Shown here piece after piece: positions 25,654 through 37,232 of a stretch of DNA of 64,000 nucleotides. The notes under the pieces are model-generated. The model had not been told where the DNA came from and searched no databases. It saw nothing but the letters and a program-made list of their open reading frames with translations. Numbering within the stretch: position 1 is the first letter of the stretch; each line of letters starts with the position of its first letter. The position numbers and the translations under genes are program-made. The stretch comes from Fistulifera solaris (taxonomy: Eukaryota), in contig AP026127.1 in assembly GCA_030295235.1 (NCBI GenBank), positions 248,001-312,000 of the forward strand, in the 5' to 3' direction.

Positions 25654-27676
25654 ATGAGTGACAAAGAAAGTGAAAACATTGGCGAGGAGTCGGTCACCGA
25701 ATGCTGCAAAGCAGATGTGCCGACGGTGTCGGTCGTGGACGTTGAAATTCGTCAAAGAACGGAAACTGTTACTTTCCCCGCACGCGGAAGGAAAAGGGTT
25801 TCGACCCTCATGTCAAATACAAGCACTGAAAAGAGGGTCACCAGAGCGTCTCGTCGCTTGAAGGGGAACGAACCCTTGGAAGTGTCGGCTGATCGGAACG
25901 AAGAGGGAACTGGATTAGTTGACGACAGAAACGAGAAAGAAAAAAGCAGGCGCGCCCGACAGCGGGATAGACAGGGTTACGGAAGAGGTTTCCCGTGACG
26001 ACTCCTTGAAAAAGATTGCCGAAGAAGTGCCAGAATATGATTCTCAAAAGAAAAAAGCCAACACTCTTGCTCACGGGCTCGCAGGAATTACAGGAGAAGC
26101 GTCGAATGACAAGCGGGATGAGGAAACCGAAGATAGGTCAAATAAAGAGCCTGAAAAAGTGACCGCAGAAATGTCTGGTTACGAGAGCGATAAGGAAGCC
26201 GAAGAAATGGACATTGACGAGCCCGATAAGGAAACTGAAAACTTAGGTCAAGAGTCGGACGACTCGGAAAAGAGCAGTGAAGAAAAAGCCACAGAGAAGA
26301 CCAATCAGGCGAACGCAAAAGCAAATGAAAAGGTCTCGGATAAAGAGCCTGTCGAAATGGATTCCGAACAGCCGGACAATGGGATCGAAGGCATGTCGGA
26401 CGCAGAGAAGCCGTCAGGAACAACGGAGCACGAGAGTGCGAGCGGAGCAGCAACCATGGCAAATAACGAGCCGGAACAGGAAACGGGTAAGATACCGGGC
26501 AATGAGCCAGAAAAGAGGACTGAAGGAACATCTGTAAATAACAGCGAAGAGAGTGAAGTGTCAAAGAATGAGACCGAGCAAGAAAACGAAGTCTCGAGAA
26601 AGGATTTTCAAGCCAAAAATAGCAGTAGCGAAGAGAGTGAAGTGTCAGAGAATGAGATCGAACAGGGAAAAGAAGTCTCAAGAAAGGATTCTGAAGCCAA
26701 GGATACACAAAAGTCGGATAGCGAGAGCGAAGACCCGTCAGAAATTGAAGCTGAACAAGGAAAGGAAGCTTCCAGTCCCGAAAAGGCAAATTCAAAGCCT
26801 TCGGACGACAAAGACCCAATGCCAGATGATGAGGTTGATGAAGGATATAAGGTGTCAGAAAAGGGACTGGAACAGGGGACTACCGACGCACCAGAAGACA
26901 AGAATGAAGGCGCAGACACGTCTGATTACGAAAGCGCCAAGGAAACAGAGGAACTGTCCGACGAGGAGCCGGAGAAGACAGGAGAAGAGTCTGGTGAGAA
27001 GAGCGGAAAGGGAGCTGAAGAAATGTCAGAGAAAGCAAACGAACAAGAGAAGGAACTGTCAGACGAGGAGCGGGAGAAGAAAGCAGAAGAGTCTGGAGAG
27101 AAAAGCGGAACCGGAGAAATGTCGGAGAGAGAAAGTGAACAAGAGAATGACCCAATGGACGAGCAAGAGAGCAAGAACGAAGCAAGATCTGAAGACAAAA
27201 GCGCCAAGAAGTCACCCAGCTTCCCCAAGACCGAAAAGGGCACCGCGTCCAAAAAGGCCGCGAAAGTCACACCCGAAAGGCGTCCGTCGTTTGGAAAGCA
27301 CCGTGGATACGGAAAAGGTAAGGGAGGACGCGGAGCCCGTACCTCAATTAGTAGTTCGACCCGAGCCGGCTTGCAGTTCCCCGTCGGTCGCATCGGACGG
27401 TACTTGCGGGAGGGCAAATACGCGTCGCGCCTGGGCGCCGGGGCCCCGGTCTATCTCGCAGCCGTCTTGGAATACTTGTGCGCCGAAATCTTGGAATTGG
27501 CGGGGAATGCTTGTCGTGACAATAAAAAGACCCGAATCGCTCCCCGTCATATCACCTTAGCCGTGAAGAACGATGAAGAACTGAATGATTTGTTGGGCGA
27601 TGTGACGATTGCGTCGGGTGGCGTTTTGCCCAATATCAACCCTGTATTGTTACCCAAGAAGACTGTCATTTCGTAG
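25654..27676 (+). CDS. H2A: Histone H2A with very long acidic N-terminal extension (about 670 aa total)
   Basis: C-terminal canonical H2A fold [11 protein letters not shown]...[20 protein letters not shown]...[12 protein letters not shown], in frame with more than 450 codons of E/S/K/D-rich sequence. One frameshift in the A-run near 25940 links ORF 25654. Confidence 0.8.
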
Positions 27677-28115
27677 ATGAGCATTATTAAAAGCAACCCA
27701 TTTCTTTGTTTCGTCGATATTCGCAAGTGTAGGTAATAACGATCGAAAGAAGCCTGCGGCAAATAAATAATAGAATGCGCTGCAATGAGGTTCGGGATTA
27801 TGCCTTGGCTCCCTCCATGGGATACAACAGACACGAGGATCGGCAGAAACTTTGTTGATAATAACAAGAGAAATGAAGGGCTAAGAGCAAAGCGTGAAAT
27901 TTTCATTATGGCATGATGAAACGCAACACGCAACGTAAAGCGAGGGGCGAAAACAATAAAAATAAACCTACTGAACCCTAAAATTAACCCTACATCTCCT
28001 TATCCACTTTTCGCGTCGCTTGGCGGAGATCTCGTCCGGTGCTCAGGGGCGGTGCTGCTATTGTTATTCCTTTCGCATCTCTCATTTTCTCAATATTGTT
28101 TTCTTACAACGACAA

Positions 28116-28943
28116 TTACATGGATGGAACGCACTCACACGTTGCACCAGAGGGTGCGTAGTAGAGGGGGCAGCAGCAGCAGTTTACTCCACACTGCAAA
28201 CCTGTCTCGCCAGGGCAACAGGACAAACCTTGACAGGTCAGCCCATTCTCAAAACCAACACGTTCACAGGCGTCCTTCGTTTCATCACAAGCGAAATTAC
28301 CGATTCTGTTTTGCGTGATCACGATAGCGCCGATGGCAACGGCGGCCGTCGCCGCCAACACAGCTGCCGGCACGCCAGCAAACAAAGCGGCGGCCGCCAC
28401 GGCCAAGAGCTGTCGCCGGAAGAGTGCTCCCAAGACGGCTTCGAGAGCGGGAAGTAGAGCAAAAGCGTCGCTGCATAACGCTTCCAATTCTTTGCACTCA
28501 TCGATTGTGTTACACTCGGAATCACTGTTACCACACTGCGCAGCCACCGACAGAAAGTCCGGCTGTTTGGGAGTCGTATCCATGATAGCAACGCTAGCGT
28601 CACGCGCAGAGTTCGCCATAGCATAGTCCAACATTCCCTGGTAACAGATAGAGCCCGCGGACAAGGACGCTTCCGCGGCCGCAAGGAGGCTTACGCAAAC
28701 ATCTACGTCAAAATCATCGCCATTGGAAGCTGCCAGTTCCGTGCAGTTCACGTCAATGGCGAGACTTCCCACAATGTCCACTGCTCTGGTACGAGCTCCG
28801 AGAAATGAGGTGATGTTGTTCAGTTCACTTACGTCAAAGTCGCACTCCATGGTTCGAGCAAAGGCGGAAGCTTCGCCGGGAGAAGGTACGCCTGCAGGAG
28901 TCGCATCTCGGCACGGCAGTGGGAAAAGAGGAAAGAATGCCAT
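28116..28943 (-). CDS. Cys-rich hypothetical protein with an Ala-rich hydrophobic segment
   Basis: 275-aa ORF with aaaacATGG start context and a Cys-dense C-terminus (CC, CCCC). No family recognised. Confidence 0.6.
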   Translation of the reverse strand: MAFFPLFPLPCRDATPAGVPSPGEASAFARTMECDFDVSELNNITSFLGARTRAVDIVGSLAIDVNCTELAASNGDDFDVDVCVSLLAAAEASLSAGSICYQGMLDYAMANSARDASVAIMDTTPKQPDFLSVAAQCGNSDSECNTIDECKELEALCSDAFALLPALEAVLGALFRRQLLAVAAAALFAGVPAAVLAATAAVAIGAIVITQNRIGNFACDETKDACERVGFENGLTCQGLSCCPGETGLQCGVNCCCCPLYYAPSGATCECVPSM

Positions 28944-31107
28944 GTTTTGATCGATCTATTGCTTTATTCGGTGGCTTACGAAATACTTCGTACCGGATAT
29001 CTTGACCTTTAGATTGTGATGGTATGAGAAGAGAGGAGCCAGATAATCCAATGCAGCAAAATATTTGTGCACGTCTTTTTTTGTCGTTCATTTTTTCATT
29101 CACGAAGGTCCTGCTTCCGAATTCTGCAAAGTGCTTGTAACTTGTACCTTGTACGGAGTAATTTGTAAATACGTGGTAGTACATTAGACGGTCCCTGTTG
29201 CATCCATTGTTAATTAGTACAATACAGGAAAGGACATTGAAGTTCTGACTCCAGTACAAAATCTACGTAGCAAGTAGTGTGAAAACGACGAACGACGTTG
29301 CAAGTTGTATTAGGTATTAGTAAGTTGATAAGTAATAATCCGTGGTTGGTACTTCGTACAAGTACCAGGTACTAAGGTTCTAGTATCATACGCTGTAGGC
29401 TGTAGACTAGGGTTTCTAGTTCCAGGATTAAAGGTTAAAATAACAATGGATAATGGAATAATGGATAACAGATACAAGTATTGGGATAATGGATTCCAGA
29501 TTTCCAGATTGCAGCAGCTTTTATTTGCAGGATCCGTTATTAGTTCTTATTATTTATGCCTGACGCCTGAAACTGACACTGACATCTGACATCTAAGAAA
29601 AATCAAATAATGAAATTGGTAATTGGTTATTGGCTTATCGGCTTGGTGCTGATGCTGATGATAGATGATACTAAGTACGGAGTGTAAAGTTGTCTGCAGC
29701 GTGCAGAATGCAGCATTATTTATTGTATTCTATTTATTTTACCTATTTCCTCGATAGTACTAAGCACGGTACCGCTTTCTTCCACCGACTTCACCTCTCC
29801 CGTTTGCACTCTGCAGTACACTACATCGGGTATCGGGTTATATCGGGTACCAGTAGCATGTGCTCTTAGAAGCTTCAGGGTCACGGGATTCCATTATCGA
29901 TTCCATTCATGAATCGTTCTCATTATTTTTTATTTGAGAACTCCGTTCTATTTATATCATTTATCTTTTCCATTTTCCATCGTAGCCTTTTTTCATTCCT
30001 GTGATCACAATAACTTGACTCACACTTTACGTCTAAAAAGATGGAAATGAGTAGATAGTTTCGTTCGTGATACGTGATACGAGACTCGTGACACGAATTC
30101 ACGGATTACGGATGATTGTCGAGTGTCGAGCCATTCGTTTTATAATTTGCAACCCGCTAAGTACTACGGAGTACCTAGTATATCTTAAATCAAAAGATTT
30201 AAGCCACTAGCCACGTCAGTCTAAGATCGGTTTGATCTGTGCTCTGCGACTGCGACCTGCGGACTTGGAGGTTTGTGGCTTGTGGCGTTTTTGCGTCACA
30301 GTGCGTGCGGCGCCTGAGTTCCGAGGGCTAAAGGTTATCCGCAATTCGCCAACGAGCTACAGCGTCAATGATTTAACTCCAATCTCTGCTAGCTGCTTGC
30401 CGAGAACGAGTCATGAGCAGTTATGATATCATTTTAGTTCTCAATATTTTGAGTCAATAGAGATTAGACGAATTCTATGTGTATGCATCATCAATGAGGT
30501 CCCATGGGGACGATTCCAAATTGGGAGCGAAGACTAATATCCGAAGATTGATAGGAAGATTCTCACCCGGCAACTTAGATCCGTCTTGCCAATAGGATCA
30601 TAGTCATTCATTGAACGACTGCGCATACATCGAATGTTGCAAAGCACGCTTCAATCTAGTCTGTTCGGTTGATTGTAGATTGTAGCTCAAGAATCGTGGC
30701 TAAATAGCGAAGGACCGTGAACGACCAGCTACCAGGTATGATACGTCGTACGGAGTACTATTGTTTTAAACGTGGAAGTTACTGTACGGTTAACCTTCAA
30801 AATGGTAACAACGGAAAGAAAATAGATTGATATTTAAAGTAAAAGATTTCTGTTCAAAATATTTCGAATAAATTAGCTACTTTATTCTTGTAGAGTTCTT
30901 TCCTTTTAAAAACGTGGATTTTTTTGCTTGACTTCGACGGCAATCGATACGTCACACCATCTCAAATCGCGACCCTTCCATCCGCATCCCGCAGCAATGC
31001 ATTTCACACTGCATCATTGTTCGTATTCTACTGTTGTGTAGTTGTAATCCAACTACAATTGATTAAGCATATTTCCAGTTGATTCTAATAAACAACGGGT
31101 TCATAAA

Positions 31108-31518
31108 ATGAGGAAAGTAACCGATATGAGCAGTCACCGGACGCCTATCATCCGTCCTGCGAGCTTCGATATGTTGACCGATCAAGATCTAGACCAGGGC
31201 GAATTTCTACCGATCTCAGACGATGAAATTTTTCGCTTCTTGGAGGATCAAACAAGTTTAAATGCTGACAAGGAACGCGTTCAGATTAGCGGACATGGAG
31301 ATTCCTTGACGAGCCATCGCGTTACGCCTTCAGAGACAACCTTCGACAAAAAGCGTGCCGGCCGTGACACAACCAGCTCGTCGGTCAAGCCTCCCGATCA
31401 TAAAAAAGACACGGTGTTTAGAATGTCATGTCAAAAATTTGAGCCTTATTTTCGAAACACTGAGCGCGAGTTGACGATATTGTTGGAGCTTTATCGCGCA
31501 ATCGATGTGAATGAATGA
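31108..31518 (+). CDS. Hypothetical protein
   Basis: 136-aa ATG-started ORF, more GC-rich than its AT-rich flanks. No motif recognised. Confidence 0.45.
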   Translation: MRKVTDMSSHRTPIIRPASFDMLTDQDLDQGEFLPISDDEIFRFLEDQTSLNADKERVQISGHGDSLTSHRVTPSETTFDKKRAGRDTTSSSVKPPDHKKDTVFRMSCQKFEPYFRNTERELTILLELYRAIDVNE

Positions 31519-31651
31519 CTCTGCTAATATATGCGCTTGTGAAATAGTTACTTCTAATAAAGTAACATAATTATCGGTATTTAGAACGCACGTATAATGA
31601 AAACTCGCACTATAATTTTTCACGATCACTTTAATATGGCTTCATTAAAAG

Positions 31652-33299
31652 CTACAAATCCTCTTCCAGGACGCGTTCCGCAATTGGCCTCCAAAGTTTC
31701 GCCACACTCCTCGGTTGATGAAGAGCATGACAAAGTCCTCGTAACAGAATCGACGCGCGACCAACCATGAGATAATCTTTGGGAAATGTAATGATTTGAT
31801 CGGCGGCTTGTAATTCTTCCATAAATAATTGGATGTGCTTCCCACCCGTGAGTCGTTCTTCGTCGTAGGCAACGACGGCATACTTGTACAAGCACTCGGG
31901 GATCATGTTTTCGGACCGATAGCCGGCAGCCTTGGTCAAGCGGACTATTTCAGAGAAATTGTCGTCGTCGAGTGCCATGACTAGTCGACAAAACAAATGC
32001 CGTTGCTCCTTTGTCAAACGCTTCACTTGTCCAAAGTCAATTAACCCCAAGACTGGCGGTTCATTCTTCCCATAATAGCACAAGAGAATGTTACCTGGAT
32101 GAGGATCTCCGTTGAAAAAGCCATCAACCAACACCTGCTGCCCATGGATGCGAATCACGTCGTCGACCAGTTGGGCGTGATTCAACGGCAAAGTGCTTCG
32201 GTCGCGGTAATTCATCCACACTTGTCCCGGTAACCATCCTACGCTCATATTATACAATCTCGCTCGGAGATTATGCCACCGGCGTTTCATATCTTCCACC
32301 TGAATCCAGTACGAATATTGACGATTGCTCACAAACGGAATCTTGGACTCTTCTAAGTACCGTTCTTGTTCCTTCACATACTCTTTCACAGATTTTCCCG
32401 CCAATGACGCTTGCTGTTCGACTTCACGTTTCAATGCGGCGGCCAATTTCTCACCAGGAAGATACTCCATCACCAAGACGCGCTTGGTACAATGCGCTAA
32501 AAGAGGTTTGGGAACGACACAGGGCATATTCGCTTTCAACATATTCTGCCGAACCGTTTCCATATTCATGGCTTCTTGTCGGTAATCGAATTCGGTTTGA
32601 AACTGGTGTTCCATTTCCTGCAAGGCGGGAACATGGACCGGTTGTGCCACTTGACAAAACAAGGTCATGGTCCGTACATCGCCGCGCAGCAATCGTTCGA
32701 CGTGCGGATAACACACTTTCACCACGACCGGTTCTCCAGTACGTTTCAAGACGGCCTTATGAACCTGTCCGATGGAAGCCGATCCAATGGGGATTGGGTC
32801 GATGTGCGCGAACAGATCACGCCATGAAGGCATTTCTTCGTCCAGTATGGATGTAATGACGTGAAACGGCAAGGCCGGTACTTGATCTTGCAAGGGGTGC
32901 ATCGTCTGTTGCCAAATGACCGGAAAGGCATCACCAATATTTGCTGCCGCCATTTGACCGCATTTAATGTAAAATCCTTGTAATTGCAGTATCTTTTCGA
33001 GCGCTTGTTGCGAAGCTTTGTGATCCAAGGCATCCCACGTCTCTTGCGGTGATTGTCGAAACAAATGATAGCGATACACGACATACCACGGAATGGCGAA
33101 CGAATAAAATTGAATGCTGCGCACGAGGCCTTCTATCGTGCCTCCGACCAAATCGTAATAGTAGTAACCCGCTCCGCCCAAGACGAACGCTGCGGTCGTC
33201 GTTTTCGAAAAAATATGGTTGCGTTTTTGGTTTTTCTGTCGAGAATTGTCGCGCGAGGATGCGCTTTGTGACAGTGCAATGCCTCGTCCTTTGAATCAT
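31652..33299 (-). CDS. ABC1K/ADCK-like atypical kinase, probably mitochondrial
   Basis: YIKCGQ, GSASIGQVH, VVVKV, GDPHPGN and IDFGQ motifs. Basic presequence MIQRTR...RQFST joined by a frameshift at the homopolymer near 33210. Confidence 0.85.
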
Positions 33300-33681
33300 T
33301 CTTTATCTGCGTCTGATACACGATAAATTAAGACATATTGCGATGAGTTATGAACTCTAGGATAATGGAGCCCGTACTTGCAATAGTATACGGAGCATTA
33401 TTTTGTTTTCGCTTTCGCCATCGTCGTATTTTTTTGTTCGCCATTTTTAGTCGCATCGGTACTTGATGACGTCACTTTGTCCGACGCGGGCGTTCGAATT
33501 TTTCGGTGCACGAAAAATGCAGAAACGCGAGCGTTGAAAAAAGACTTTCACAATATTCGGGGTACAAGTCAACTGGAAGCACAAAGTTGTGAGTAGATAA
33601 AGTGCAAGGGCTCAAGAGACGATAAATCGAGCTTCTTGTCTCCACGTTGGGATTATCGTTTATGAAAAGTAAGCGGAAACT

Positions 33682-34647
33682 ATGAGAACAGGACTGCATG
33701 CACTGATTTCCGTCGCGTTGTTGGCCATCATAAGTGTGGAAGCCTACTTGCACGAATGTCGTCTTCCCGATGCCATCATCGAACTACACTACAACCCTGT
33801 GACAGGCTCTTATGTACTAGAGTCGAACACTGTCAATAACACCACAGGTAGACGGCGTCTGTCAATGGAAAAATTCGATGGGAACAGCGACACGACGCGA
33901 GCGCGCTCTTGTGACTGTTTTTCCGATTACGGCGTGGAACCGTTCTACTGCCCAGCGCAGTTCCATTTTTGCGGAGCGACTCCATCCAGTGTCAGTTTCG
34001 GTTGTTTCAACAAATCGCCCTATCAAGATATTGCCAGCAATGTCTTGTTTGTCGCAGCCGCTTGTTTGTGTGCGGTATTTGCTTGGGTACTCCTCAGTGA
34101 GCCGGGCAAGCACGTTCGCAACTGTGTGATAAGTCGAGTGGCTCCCCAATGGAACGATCTTATTGTGTCCAATCTGCTGTGTCAACATCCCGAACGTGCG
34201 TTGCATATGATGCGTTTGCATTTGCGGCATCAGGCGCGAGACTCTCAGCAAGAATGGATCTTAGATGCAAATGCCGTTCGTCGATTGATGCTCGATCTAG
34301 ACAGTCCGTGGTTGATGCATAGCAAGCCAGAAGATGGAATACGGCCTGTGGCGTTAAAGTTAAGAACGTACATTTATCAGTCGGAGGAAAAGAAACCAGC
34401 ATCAGGGCAGAATGGCGAGGACGACGAAATGTTCGATGACTGTGCGATTTGCTATCAGGATCTGGTGGATGGTGATAGGGTAGGGGCGCTCGTATGTGGG
34501 CACAAATTTCACGCGGATTGTCTCAAAGAATGGTGTACTCGCCGCAATGCATGTCCTTTATGTAATTGCAATGAAATCGCCGCACCTCAATATCAGAACA
34601 ATCCACATGCTATAGCAGCGGATCTACGTCGCAACCTAAGAATATGA
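33682..34647 (+). CDS. Signal peptide + TM + RING-H2 E3 ubiquitin ligase, copy 1
   Basis: CAICYQDL...CGHKFHADCLKEW...CPLC. N-terminal signal peptide, Cys-rich lumenal region and one TM helix. Confidence 0.9.
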   Translation: MRTGLHALISVALLAIISVEAYLHECRLPDAIIELHYNPVTGSYVLESNTVNNTTGRRRLSMEKFDGNSDTTRARSCDCFSDYGVEPFYCPAQFHFCGATPSSVSFGCFNKSPYQDIASNVLFVAAACLCAVFAWVLLSEPGKHVRNCVISRVAPQWNDLIVSNLLCQHPERALHMMRLHLRHQARDSQQEWILDANAVRRLMLDLDSPWLMHSKPEDGIRPVALKLRTYIYQSEEKKPASGQNGEDDEMFDDCAICYQDLVDGDRVGALVCGHKFHADCLKEWCTRRNACPLCNCNEIAAPQYQNNPHAIAADLRRNLRI

Positions 34648-34862
34648 CCCTGCATTCCTTTTGGCAAGATCATTTACTTTCCGTCAACGATGAAAGTTTT
34701 TTATACCATTTGTTGTAAATTATTGATAGCAACCATACCAGATAGATAGCTAAATTGTATAGTGTTCTATTTATCCATTAAGCTCAACTAGACCTCAATG
34801 GAGAATGGTATGTTGTAAGCGAAAGAAAGATAGGTTCCCTGGCTTGAATGAAATGAGAGGGG

Positions 34863-34912
34863 TGGAATGGAACGGAATGGAATGGAATGAAATGGAGTCT
34901 CTCTCTCTCTCT
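34863..34912. repeat. (GGAAT)n pentamer run followed by (CT)n microsatellite
   Basis: tggaatggaacggaatggaatggaatgaaatgg followed by tctctctctctctct. Confidence 0.8.
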
Positions 34913-35291
34913 ATTACTAAACATTCCATCAGCATCTTGTCTAAGGTACCGGTACCGGTACTTGTACCGTATGGAACCTCCGTAATCCGTAATCTTACCA
35001 GGGAGGACTCATGGCAACATGGGATTCACGGGGTACCAGTTCAATTGCAGCCTGTACAGTGCTGTTAGCGTTAGAAAAAAGAAAAGACCACGTCATGCTT
35101 ACGTGGATCATGTTCTCAAGCACAAAGTTCGCAAGATTGCGCCGTGACGCTACCTGGTACCAGGTATTTTGTTGTTATTGTTTCTTATAAAACCATCACT
35201 GCTCTCCTTTTTACAAAGGACTTTTCATGATTTTTCCTCCGCCTTTTGCAGATTTGGAGCTCTATTTGATGTATTGAAGTGATAATACGGA

Positions 35292-36287
35292 ATGACGGGG
35301 ACTTGGCGCCTTTTCTTCGCAGGACTGTTATGCATAACGATTCCCATCTCGGAAGCTTACATTTCGCGCTTTCAGGGTTCTTGCTCGATGAATGATAAAC
35401 CCACTCGTTTGCAATTCAATGAAACGTCCGGTGAATACTACGAAGCAAACAGTTTGTCCAATTTTCTGACAAGGCCGCCTGAAGCGACACTATCGATCGA
35501 AGCACGCAGCTGCACTTGCTTGAACCAAACTACTGCTTTCTGCCCAATGTTCTTAGAAACATGTGATAGCAAATCAGAGTCAACGCGCTGCTTCGGGGCG
35601 AGTCCTTACCGGAATGGTTTGCGTCGTATCATGTTTGTTGGTCTTCTCTGCACTCTCGGTATTGTAGCTTTACTACTCTTTTCAAGTTACGGCATCGACA
35701 TTTTGAACTTGCTCGTCAGCTTGATCATTCCAAAATACAACAATTATCTGGCGAATCGAATTTTGACGAGGAATCCTGAGAAGGCTTTTTCTCTTAATGG
35801 CGGAAAATATTCGGTTTCGCCGTCACATGCGTCGACGGCTACCCGGCACCGATCCCGAGTGGCGTGACGATGCTCGTGCGGTTCGTCAGCTGCGTCTTTC
35901 CCGACAACTACAGCAGCCACAAAGAAACAAACAACCCATAGCACTGCGATTGAAAACTCGAATCTACAAGGTGATGGTTGATGAGAGAGTGGAAGACACG
36001 GAAGACCACAGCGACGATGAGTTCGATGAATGCGCCATCTGTTACCAGGAACTGCGTATCGGTGATCGTGTGGGAAATATCTCGTGTGGGCATGTTTTCA
36101 TGCGAATTGTCTCAAAACCTGGTGTATGCGCCGCAATACGTGTCCGTATTGTCAAAGAAGCGAAATTGCGAAGCCGATACGACGTATAACTCGTGTGGGG
36201 AAGTCAACACGGAAGCCGAAGATTCCGCATTGTAAACAAATCATACGCCTGAAATTTGAATCAGGGCCAAAGTCACTTTTAAACTAA
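35292..36287 (+). CDS. Signal peptide + TM + RING-H2 E3 ligase, copy 2 (tandem paralog)
   Basis: SEAY, ARSCTC, PIALRLKT and CAICYQEL...CGH.FHANCLKTW...CPYC, collinear with copy 1. Frameshifts at T-runs near 35788 and 36096. Confidence 0.8.
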
Positions 36288-36385
36288 TATATTGTCCTTT
36301 AGCTACTGTATGTGATAGCTGATTTTTCGCAAACGTGCTCTCTCTATGCTTAGTTCTTGCTTTTAGTCCGCGGCATCATAAGGTA

Positions 36386-36720
36386 GACCTCTGTCCGTTC
36401 TCCGTTTAACAGGGAATTCCCAACTGGGATCCCTGTTAAATTCCCTTCCCAGTTCATTTTCCAAATTCCCTGTTTAACAGGGAATGAGTGGCTGAACGTC
36501 TGACCGGCACTCACAGGCCTTTATTCCTTTGTTTGCGCGGTAAATCAACAGAAAATCTCTAATCTAAAGCGTTAAGGATTAGGGACTGGCTACAATAATT
36601 CGTACACGGGACTCATTAATTCGAACAGGGAACGCTCCCAGTTGACTCCTTGTTCGATCAAAATCCCTGTTCACTCCCTCCCTGTTGGAGTGAACTGGGA
36701 ACGGACAGAGGACAGAGGTC
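36386..36720. mobile_element. MITE with TA target duplication (MITE-2)
   Basis: TA|GACCTCTGTCC(GTTC)...(GAAC)GGACAGA-GGACAGAGGTC|TA. Internal AACAGGGAA/TTCCCTGTT motifs in both orientations. Confidence 0.8.
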
Positions 36721-37232
36721 TAATCATAAGTTTTCGATGATTCATTCACAATTCGTTCAAGACGACTCATCATACACTTACGGTACAGAACCGGTGCGGT
36801 ACCGGATCGTCATAGAGAGTTTGTGCGTCCAAAGACTGTCATCGACTCTTCTTCCCACATGGAACTGTCATAATTATGGAAGATGGAAGCTATCGCATTA
36901 TAAAGATTGAAAGAGTAGACCCCATAAACTTCTACACGCTTCCTATCGCTGGCCGTTAACAATATCAATTTCATTGTACAAAGCCTTGAAATGTTGTGTT
37001 TTCTTATCGTTCTTTTCTTATGCGTCCGGTACCGGTTGAAAATGTTCGTTCTACACCTAAATCCAGAGTACAAAAATTTGTATTCGCCTCATTGTACTGT
37101 TTATTCTCCGTTCCTTTTCAACGCATGATGACTTTTCTGTCGAAAAAACGTTTTCGTTCCAAACGCAACATTTTTTCGTTCAGTCGAAGAAAGGTTGCAA
37201 GCCATGAGTTCAATCGATTGACAAATGACACC

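Noticed and set aside
26088..27560. Alternative-frame Arg/Lys-rich 335-aa ORF and antisense Ser/Phe-rich ORFs
   Set aside because: By-products of the purine-rich acidic tract. Only the acidic frame is continuous with the H2A fold.
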